Assembly (NCBI RefSeq): GCF_002113885.1
Contig: NW_018480057.1
Location: forward strand, 1,606 to 65,605
Source of the DNA: Mizuhopecten yessoensis
Taxonomy: Eukaryota
Length of the DNA: 64,000 nt
Reading direction: 5' to 3'
The notes under the pieces: generated by a model
The model's database searches: none
What the model was told of the DNA's origin: nothing
What the model saw: only the letters and a program-made list of their open reading frames with translations
Program-made: the position numbers and the translations under genes
Part shown: positions 51,720 to 62,281 of the stretch, piece by piece
How the letters are laid out: every line of letters begins with the position of its first letter
How positions within the stretch are numbered: the first letter of the stretch is position 1

Positions 51720-54102
51720 GTGGGATAATAATAGATTCTATCGCTACTGGTTGTGTAAGATAGAGAAATCTCAACCATCTGACTAAGATTTTTTGTCCAG
51801 AACGAGGCTTGCCGAGTTCTGGACAAAAAAAATCTTAGTCCGAGGGTTGAGATTTTTCTATCTTACACAACCAGTTGCGATTGATTATTTTTCTCCCATA
51901 TCTAACAGTATTTTAATGTGAAATAAAGGTAAACATGGACCCAAAACACATACAGGCAATTTGGCGTATTAATATCCATATCGGTACTACTTTCTCCCTA
52001 ACTTCATGTTGTCTGCTGAAACTGTGAAAGTACAACTTCTGTTGTTGACAACATCATGGAAAAAGTGTTTAAACTTGCAGACAGAGTCACAATAGGAGCA
52101 AATGGGTCAAAAGGGAAAATTGTGGACATTGTAAAACCTTTTGGAACTTATGTAATGTACAAAATTCAGCTGTTCCAGGATGGTAAAATAGTAACTGCTG
52201 CCAAACATGAACTTGTGAAAGGCATGCCAGATGAAGAGTTTGACTTTTTGTTTGATGAACCCATGCATATGGATGCAAGTGAGTCTGAATTCAGTACAAA
52301 TGAAAATGTGTGTGTGCCCCAACCACCTCTCATCCCCCAAACACCGACTGCTGTACGAGCCCCTCCAAAAACTGCCTCCTGTACTATGACAAGATTTGTG
52401 TCGGTCGATGATAACGAGGTTGACAAATTTGTTCACAACAATGAGAACAACAATACTAGAAAAAAAAACATTGTGTCACATGAAATTATTAAAAACACTT
52501 CTGTCTGAAAATGGAGAAATGAGGGAAACCCACAATATACCTCCGATGGAACTTGATACACATTTGTCCAAATTCATGATAGGCGTCCGGCAAAAAAATG
52601 GTAACAATTAACAACCAAGTGTTTTACGAGGGATGCTGGGGTCCTTTGAGCGATATCTCAAAAGACACAGGTATGGCACTAGTCTCGTCTCAGGATATGA
52701 ATTTTCCAAAACACGTGAAGTAATGCGGGCTAAACAAAAGGAGTTGAAAAGGCAGGGCATGGGTAACAAGCCTTTTGCAGCAGATGCCATCACTAACAGT
52801 GACATTGATTTGTTATACAAAACTAAACAACTGGGCTGTTCCACACCTGCATCGTTGATAAATACACTGTGGATGAACAACACTACACATTTCGGAATGA
52901 GAGGTGGTGGGGAAGAACACAGGGCACTGTGCTGGGGTGACATCCAACTCCATTATGACAATGACTTGTGTTTAGAATATATTGTTCATAACGAAAGGCA
53001 AACCAAAACACGCACAGGTAAAGACGCGAATAATACACGAAACGGTCAACCAAGAATGTATGAAACCCCCAACAACAAAGAACGGTGCCCTGTTACAGCG
53101 TATAAACAATACAGCGACAAACGTCCATCAACCTTTTCCGCACCCCAGCATCCATTTTATTTAGCGACGATTACTCATGTCAACAACCCTACCCTTAATG
53201 ATCAATGGTTTATTCGAGGACCCATCGGTCGCAACAAAATTGGTCAACTGTTAAAAACCATGGCAAAAAAGGCTGAACTTCCAGGGGTCGACGACAACAA
53301 ACGCCTAACAAATACCAGCGCACGTAAACATTTGTGTCAGACACTTTTGGAGAACGATATTCCCGACACACAAGCTGTCATGTTTACCGGACACAAAAAC
53401 ATTCAGTCACTGAACAATTATCGCGTCATTACGAACAAAAAACAGCACGAAATTTCGTCTTTGTTGACGAATGCATCAACGACAACAATTGCAGAATCGC
53501 ATTCACAATCGCTTACCACGTTTAGCTCGTCTGCCTCGAGCAACCGTCCCGCGATGGCGGCTGACAAAACTTCCAACGTGTCCACGTGTGCATCCTCGTT
53601 AGAGTCAATTTTCCACAATTCCAGCATTTACGGTGGAACATTCAATATACACGTCCATGATAATTCCAATGATGGAAACAAACAACATCCACGAGCTCGG
53701 AGGGCTATCATCTATAGCGACAGTGATGAAGAATGACTTTCATAACTTGACACATCTCTTCATCGTGTTTGTTGACAACGTAATGGCGTCAATCGACTTT
53801 CCGGCGAAAAACGAACTCTCGAACGAACATCACGTATTGAATAGACAAAGAAAGTTATTTACCGTTAAAAAATATTTTACTGTTAAATATATTAAGAAAT
53901 TGTTATTAAATTCATTAAAAATATTTTCCGTTTGTTAGAACTATTTTTTTATGCGGATTGTTACATTTGTTTACAGTGAAGTTCATTACAACATTCCAAT
54001 GACGTCACAGCGCGTGCAGGCTGTCTCAGCCCTAGGGCGGAGACAGATAAATCTAGCACCGGCAAAACGGGAGATAAATCTGTCAGGTGTGGGAGATTAA
54101 TA
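51720..54102 (+). mobile_element. Crypton (tyrosine-recombinase) DNA transposon
   Basis: YR-coding region flanked by imperfect 14-bp direct repeats GTGGGATAATAATA (51720-51733) / GTGGGAGATTAATA (54089-54102), with a ~180-bp palindrome at the left end (51721-51898). No TIR/TSD. Confidence 0.8.
52056..53736 (+). pseudogene. Crypton tyrosine recombinase (DUF3504 / ZMYM-KCTD1-related YR domain), two lesions
   Basis: NENNNTRKKT, LSKFMIGVRQKNG, PSVLRGMLGSFERYL, LKRQGMGNKP, HFGMRGGEEH, ERQTKTRTG, RCPV, PFYL, PIGRNKI, TNTSARK, TGHKN, SLNNY. Frameshift in the A-run at ~52460-52469 and TAA at 52609-52611; the 367-aa catalytic ORF 52633-53736 is open. Confidence 0.9.
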
Positions 54103-54212
54103 TAATCTTCCTCTACCTTAAGGGTGTGACAGAGAAATGTCCTACCCGAGGGGTGATTTGTTTGTTTGTCTTACCCGAGGCTCTGCCGAGGGTTAGACAA
54201 CCAATAAAAATC
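54103..54212 (+). mobile_element. Truncated left end of another Crypton-like element
   Basis: Hairpin TTGTCTTACCC-GAGGCTCTGCCGA-GGGTTAGACAA immediately after the Crypton right repeat. Confidence 0.55.
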
Positions 54213-55425
54213 ATGTAAAACATGTTGGCAAGTATCACTGAAAGTTAATTTTGGTAATTGAAAAATCATCTGAGGAGGATAAGAAGAAAACGTTTGAGTA
54301 AATAAATTTTAGATATTTTGAAACAGTTTAAACTAAATAATTAGAGATTAATAAGACTAACAGAGCTTTGAATAGCCTGGTAAATTAAATAAAAAGTGAG
54401 CCGGGAGGTTTAAGTTTGAATTATCATAACATTACAGCATGTTCTCTTGCATTGATGGGTTTAAGGCACTGTATATCAATGACGGATATATAAGTATCGG
54501 AATAATCCATTTGTTTTTTAAAGACCTCACTAGGGTTCTAGTGGTCTCAGTTTTAAGAACGATTACCCTTACATATGTAAATGTACGACTGGCACTTATC
54601 GTTACGTTCTTTTGCCATTGATTTGGACATAACCTTTGGCACAACATCAATATATTGTAAAAAATCTAAGTCACGTCCAAGCATGTATACTTAGTTGTCT
54701 ATAAAACAATCACAACATGTCAAAGAGACATATATTGAAATGCCAAGACACAATATTTGTAGGGGTAAATTCCGACATCGCAATCACTTTTAAGAAATAC
54801 AGTGCGACTTTACAGTAGAGGTTGAACCCTACTAAACATGTTTGCGGTGTCTACTACAATTAGACTTTTCCTAGCAATTATGAACAAACAACAAATAGAA
54901 CAAAATCAATGCCTCCTGCTGAATATCATATATATTGCTCCCGTATGGTATCTTTTTAAAAATGATTTTACGATCGAGATTTTCACCTGGTGAAAATATA
55001 AAAAAACAACCTCATTCTCAAGAAATATTCAACAGAATATTCAACAGAAAGAAGTAGGTTCCATCAAAACAAACAATGCGGCATTATTTTCACAGTAACC
55101 AATACAGTTTCACCTTGATCCTTTCACGTTATGCCACAAATCAAGAAAAAAGAGAGGAAAAATCAATGTTAATTCACTGTTCACATATCTCCTTGCCGAG
55201 TTGGTGCTTACTTTAGTTCGAGTTGTCTCATTCAGATCATTCTGGATTTCAAGTTACTCAATTTCAATGATCCACAGCATATCATTGATTAAAATTTTAC
55301 ACGAACACAAATGTAGTTAAGACTGATACAAAGGCATTTTGTATAGGATTAATAGATGTAACCCTTATGATATTTATAGTAAACCATTGGATATTCCAGT
55401 ATGGACATGTGTCAGCTGAACATTG

Positions 55426-58400
55426 TTACGCACGTGTCGTCTGAGTGCCATATCCCGAGGCGTCATTCCCCGTTGTCTCATTGCCCTTATTCTTGTTGCC
55501 ACACTTACACATGTTCTTGCATGTCTGTACAATATATTCCCGGTAACGTCGGTTACATGCCACGTACACCATCGGGTTCAAAAGAGGACTCATAAATAGT
55601 AGAGTCATCGAAATCGAATGACGTAGGTCATTTTGATGCGGAGTATTGTCGATAACGTCATACAGCAAACGTACCTAAAATGATAACATTATGGTATATC
55701 AACTTCCATTGTAAATATAATCCGACGAGAAACGCTTATTCAAATGTAAAGATTTTAAAACATAATAATTCAATTTGATTCAAATGTATTTCATTTTACG
55801 TATGCATTATTGATTAAAGTGTTATTTATTTCATCTGATGGTTTTACCCAATATATTTTCAAATTGAGATATAGTTGTCTGGTTTTATTAAACTATACAT
55901 TTCGTTTTCATGCAAATTATACATTTATTTTGATTCACTTTATTCTAGTCAATTTAAGAAATGAACATTCAGGGTTTTTTTCGAATGTAAGAAATTCATG
56001 ATTACAATGTTAACAAGCTAACGAATCATTTAACAAAATTCCTATTTTTTTTTTTTTTTTGAAAACTTGCCAGAAATGGGGCGTAACAGATGCAGTATAC
56101 AGCCGACACAACTTTGGTTACATTGGCGAAAGCCGTCCGCTTCGTCTGATTATTTGACGTCATATCCGGTCTTGCTAATGCCGGTTCAGGTCGCACCACA
56201 TTAACACGGCGTAGCTGAGGAAATAGAACTTATATTGATTAAATTGTGCAACAATTATATTGTTGTTAGCTTACATACGAAATTCCATCAAAATACGATG
56301 CTACACAAATGCATCAATTGATAATGTTATATAAGAAATACAATCCAATAGGCAATTGAACTTCGTGAAGCACTTTAAGTCATCCATCTTGATTCGCTGA
56401 GTGGGATTAGTTTAAAATATCAGACAAATACTAGTTCATAGCTACTTCTAATTTTGTATTGAAAACAAAATAATCACAGCTGTCCTTGCTCAGAACAAAT
56501 AAACAAATTAAATTGCCCGAAACCAATAGGGGATGGTTTGTATGTGCGTCGAAACAGGGGATCTACGACTTTGAGTCCTGATCACGAACTAGTTATTTTG
56601 GTAACCTGCCTTGAATAACTCTATTGTGGGTAGGAGAGCATCCCTATGTAATGTAGACGGAGAAATATCAACACAGGAGAAGAATGTTTTAGGTTTGGCA
56701 TGAAGATTTGTCGATTAGTGAACCTCAAAAATCTTATCCTGATTATTTTTCTCTCAAAACCTAACCTCCGGTTGCTCAGGTTTAGTTGTAATTTTCAACA
56801 AATGCACCGCTTCATCATAATGTAGCATAATATGGGCGACAACATTGATGACGTAAACCTATTCTGATATGATCATGATGTATAAAGGGATGACGCTATC
56901 ACCTATTGTTTCACAACAAAGGCAGATAATGCAGATTTATTTTCCCTAACAAAAACGGGAATGCACTCCAAAAATGTCACTATCATACGGAGGGATAAAA
57001 CTCCAGACGTATGTGAGGAAGGCCAATGGCGTCATCATTATGAACAGTAAGGTAATTGTGTGTAGGTAATTACCACTTTACCTGTGAATGACTCGGCCAT
57101 CTCTGATTGATGAGCACCACGTTAATGCACTCCTACATATTTATAAAATGGTAACCATGGTGACATCGTGACGTTCCTCTTTACGACAGTTAATCAGGCT
57201 ACGCACGCTATATAAATGACATCAAAACACAAAATGTGGCTCAAACATACAACTCAAAGGAGATGTTTGAACTCAAATATTAACAGTTTGTTTACTAGTG
57301 GGCATTAACAGATGCATTAGTGACTAATAAATGCCAGCCAATGTTGTTAGAGTTACCGATCGATCTATCCCTTGTTCATGTGAAACACTTCTTATGACAG
57401 CCGACAATATCCATGCATTAATAGATAACGACATTGGTTACAATTTGTTTCTTTCTGGGTAATTAATAACGGTCTGGTTTTATACATCAATAAGGTATAA
57501 GGCATATCAGCAGATGTGACTTTCTCTTATATAATGCGAAGGTATCAATACAGTGCAGTTAAAGCGGTATCTGTTAGGGGTGAAGAATTATAAGCGACAG
57601 TATGACAAAAAAACACCTCGCTATCAAACTGAATGATAACTGTCACAACGTTAATTTCAAAATGAAGGATCGACGTAGCATTACAGGCAAAATGCTGGAG
57701 AATTCCACTGTTGTTTTTCTTATATAGAGTGACCTCCCCTTCATTTTGTTTTTGGTGCATTTGGTTGGAGTGACATTATCAGAGGTACATAGTTGGGAAC
57801 CTGGTCTGTCACAAGGGCTGCACTTATACATTAACATGACGATACGATATGTCACGACACGTATAGTAACAGTAGAAGCAAAGAGAGAAGATAGTTTGCA
57901 ATTTTAATAGAAATATTACATCTGGAAATAGACTTGGCCTAGAATGGTCCTGACTTTAAAGTGTACATGCCGAGCTGGATCTGTCATTCGCCATGCTGGA
58001 ACGGATATGAGTTGACTAAATTCAATCATAACCTCCAAAACAATATTGTGTCATACCGTATTCAAAATATCGCGATATATCGTCGAAATATATATATATC
58101 GTTGCAGCCCTATCCGGCACCGTTGTATTTATTTTTATTCGGGACACAAAGTAGACTTTGTCCAGCCCCCAGACCCTCCCCGCCTTCGGCGTTACGCGCC
58201 TCGGACGCTCGACCATCTGTTAGCATACAATCCGAAAATTTATTTGCTACGCTACTGATGTAGCATGATGATATTTAAGATAGCTGCATCTGGTATCAAA
58301 TAAAGCACTCCTCCTGGTATTTTATAGAATAGACTTCAATACACTTAGAAGAAATTTTACGAAAGTTTTCATAACCTGATTTCCAACAATAAGATATATA

Positions 58401-60825
58401 ACAATCTATAATAATTGCTGTTCACAAGGGGACGACACATACTCTGTCGTTGGGTATATATTATTTTCATTGATTCCTCATGTTTCCCTTTCGTGTAGAT
58501 ATCGAATGAATATACTCTTTATGTCGGCTGATTCACATGGCAGCAAATTAACAAATGAGGTTTGTTTCATAAAAATCAAGTTTGTTTGATAAAAATGTGT
58601 AAAGTATCACAATAACACAACACATGTACAATTTATAAAGTATCACAATGACATAGCACAGGTACAATGTGTAAATTTATCACAATGACACAACACATAT
58701 ACAATGTGTAAAGCATCACAATGACATAGCACAGGTACAATATGTAAAGTATCTCAATAACACAACACATGTACAATGTGTAAAGTATCACAATGACATA
58801 GCACATATACAATGTGTAAAATATCACAATGACATAGCACAGGTACAATATGTAAAGTATCACTATAATACAACACATGCACAATGTGTAAAGTATCTCA
58901 ATGACATAGCACAGGTACAATGTGTAAAGTTTCACTATAATACAACGCATGTACAATGTGTAAAGTATCACAATGACATAGCACAGGTACAATGTGTACA
59001 GTATCACTATAATACAACACATGCACAATGTGTAAAGTATCTCAATAACACAACACATGTATTGATTTGTACGTGTGTATTTTAATTTAATACCAACCCC
59101 ATTTCTTTCTCAAACACTTTTAGCCTTCATGTTGCACAAATCAATATAAAAATCAAATCATTTGATAGAACGTGACTTCGTTTGATCATTATTTGTACAG
59201 ATAATAGAGAAGCTACCAATCACCTTTTATAACTAATTGGTTTACTTTGTAGGATTTAAAATGTTGCATGTTAAGGACCGTTTTAAGTCAATTGTTTCCG
59301 GTTGTTGCTAATGATGAACATTCAAATCGATATTGAAATGGCGACCTGATAAGTTACAGTATTTCACGCCAAGTGCCTTAAATATGTATATAAATATACA
59401 ATGAATCAAATCGTGATATTGAGCTTAAGAAATAAATATCACCAATGAAACAAAAGAGGTACTGTATTAAAGTTTTAACTAGTTCAGTCAACCTGAATCT
59501 TGTTGTTCACTGTCGGATAGCGTTGGCGAATCGTAAACGCAAATTTTCCAAAAGGGGTTTAAAACATAACTATTAACTCACAATTGTTTTTGAGCTTCTT
59601 GTCATCAGATGCTTAATGCATAATTCATGTCTAACTTTAGTTTTGATTTTTGATTTTTTCCCCCACAAAAATACTAGATTTGCGGGTTTATATAATATAC
59701 TATAGTGTACATTTGCGTTTAAATTGTCATTAAGTTACTCTGTAAACAACCGTTAACTAACGCTGGATTAGAGGTTAACGACTCGTTAAATTCAACCACA
59801 CCACTAACTTAACTATAGTTTTGATTTTTGATTTTTTTCCCCACAAAAATACTAGATTTGCGGGTTTATATAATATACTATAGTGTACATTTGCGTTTAA
59901 ATTGTCATTAAGTTACTCTGTAAACAACCGTTAACTTACGCTGGATTAGAGGTTAACAACTCGTTAAATTCAACCACACCACTAACTTAACTATAGTTTT
60001 GAACAACCATGGAGAGTCCTGGAGATACATGTAGTATGGCTTAGACATATGTTTTTTCTGTTAGTTCTGATATTGTTTTCTTTAACTTATTTTCATATTA
60101 AAGAAATGCGTATCGGGTGATGTGGTTTTATTTTCTAAACTTACCACATAAATTATACTAATGTTGAAATACATTATCACAATGGTCGCAAGAAGACCTT
60201 CTGTAGCAAGAACTCCGAGTATAATTCTGTGAGAAAATCCTGCTATCCCCGCACTGAAGTTGTAAGCACATATTCTGTTTTCGTCATAAAACACGTACGG
60301 GGCTGCCAGTCCCGTGAAGGGAAGCATAAGCTGTAGAAGTGTAAAAAATAGAGTAAATACAAGCACTATTATCACGTTACCACGCGTCACGGATGACCGG
60401 TAGTAGAGTGGTTTCACAGTGGCAAGATAACGACATCCAGCCATAATGATGACCACCCATGCTGACCAAATGACCATTGTGGTTGCCAACCATCCGAAAA
60501 AGGAACAAAGATGAACATCCATTATGTTTTTGCATCGAATCCACCCGCCAATCCACATTACCGTGAATAACGCCATAGTCACAAAATCGTTAACGGCGAG
60601 CGTCAGAACAAGAAGGTAATCAATCCCCAAAATGTCCGATCTAATTTTTACCAATATTATAATGGAAAAACTGTTAAACACAAGACACAAGATAAGAAGT
60701 ATTGGCAGTTCAGCCTTACTGAGGTCGAGAATACAGTCTATCTCGGGTCCGGATTGACCATTGGGCAGGGAAGACGATTCATTTGTCGAATTTATTAAAG
60801 CATCTGATGCATTTAACACTGTCAT
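55426..60825 (-). CDS. Class A (rhodopsin-like) GPCR, prostanoid-receptor-like orphan (357 aa). Exons 60825-60145, 56214-56071, 55674-55426
   Basis: N-terminal N-glycosylation sites; TM1 N, TM2 LAVND, TM3 C and MAGCRYLA, P.YY in ICL2. Middle exon LRRVNVV...TAFANVTKVVSAVYCICYAPFL (ICL3+TM6). Last exon VRLLY...LLNPMVY. All junctions phase 0; second intron is GC-AG. Confidence 0.88.
57813..58112. mobile_element. Old hAT (Ac-like) MITE in GPCR intron
   Basis: AAGGGCTGCA / TGCAGCCCTA termini, CGATA(C/T) subterminal motifs, 8-bp flanks TCTGTCAC / TCCGGCAC (6/8 match). Confidence 0.55.
58594..59062. repeat. 36-bp minisatellite (~13 units), intronic
   Basis: AATGTGTAAAGTATCACAATGACATAGCACAGGTAC units; 12-aa periodicity in the spurious ORF 58633-59058. 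Confidence 0.92.
59632..60001. repeat. ~179-bp tandem duplication x2, intronic
   Basis: TAACT(T/A)TAGTTTTGATTTTTGATTTTT... units at ~59632 and ~59811. Confidence 0.9.
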
Positions 60826-62281
60826 GTTGTTTTTACTCTCAAGTAATGATGCTATTGATGCTTCTAAATGTCCCTCACTAGTTTCCTCTCGCTAGCTTCA
60901 TAAACACATTCCTATGACAACCTGAGTAATCAGTGATTAATTTGTAAAGTTCCTGTTGGCACCATGACCAGTGAGATACAGCAGCATTGAAGCCGAGTAG
61001 GTGTAACCACACGTTAACAGTTCCATACAACAGTATATCAGTGTCTCGCTCGTCACGTCCTAACCTATATTGTATCAATAAAACCAGACCACTCATCACT
61101 CCAAATAAATATTGACAAAGGTATCTCCCTCGTCTCTATCTATAAATATACCGTGTTCGGGGTTACTGATTTACGGTATAGTAGTTTTTCCTCCGCTTAG
61201 AGTCACATACCTGTTCAGGTGGGTGTTTTTTGTATTCCTTTAAAAGAAGTTGATGTTCCAGGTAATAATCTGTTAAATCATTCCATTTGGGTTTTTTAAG
61301 CGTTGCTCTTGCTGTCTGGCCGCTTTATACATTGTGTGATTGGAACCGCGAGTTGCGTTCTGTTAAAAGTCATCCTTTTATTAAACATTTCAAATAATAT
61401 AAAATAGTCCCTCGCTGTACTGAGAGATACTTCTTGTACTTCGTGATAAACCTGTGAAAACCATAAACAATCTGGCTTATTTTATTACCAGTATTTTATT
61501 CACACGTATTCCTTGTACTGTCGAGCCTTGCTGAATCGGGCAACACTAATTCCGCTGGGCCTATCACACAAACACAATTTTGTCTCCTGTTCTTCTTCAA
61601 TCATTTTCAATATTCAAGCCGTTTTGATAGTTCAACAATTATGAATTTCCTGATAAATATACGTTATGTAACATATTCTTGCCCTTTCCTATTTGTATTC
61701 TGTTAAAACATATTCTGTGTAACCCATCTTCACAGTATTGAAGCCATATCGCTAACTTATGGCTGTGGTTTCTGGCCGTATTGTAGTTGAACGTTCTCAT
61801 ATTCCTTAACTAAGTATTCAATTTCAGCCAGCTAATCCCTGCAATACCATTCATATTTGATATGCTATATTGAACGACGGAAACTGTCACGTTGGTAAAC
61901 CATCCAGGCCTTTACCATCCAGCCTTTATACACTCCGCTAATGAGGACTTATACATCTGGGAATTTGAGAAGGACGTCAGTTCATCTCATGTCTATTTCG
62001 TCATTAGGTGGTTAACGCTCAGGTACATCAAAATAGTGCTATCAACATGATTGTATTGTATGACGGCTAGCGACTGACAATCATCATGTCCGGTGGCCGC
62101 ATTGTGTGTGATCACGTGATAATCAATATGAATGATCAGGGTCAACCTAAATGATATAACGCGTTGCGGTTATTTTTCCAGTATCATGTAGTTTTGAAAT
62201 TTTATAATGAAAAATTGCAAGCTGTTAAAGAGAATTATTACATTTCTAATTACATTACATAAAAAGAAGAAGGTTTCATTC

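Noticed and set aside
52633-53736. Domesticated ZMYM/KCTD1/QRICH1-like host gene
   Set aside because: Intronless, with upstream lesions, the catalytic Tyr retained and element-type ends; better explained as a Crypton transposon.
58633-59058. 141-aa Cys/hydrophobic repeat ORF (and 63731-63934, 11662-11886)
   Set aside because: Translations of 36-, 42- and 30-bp tandem repeats.
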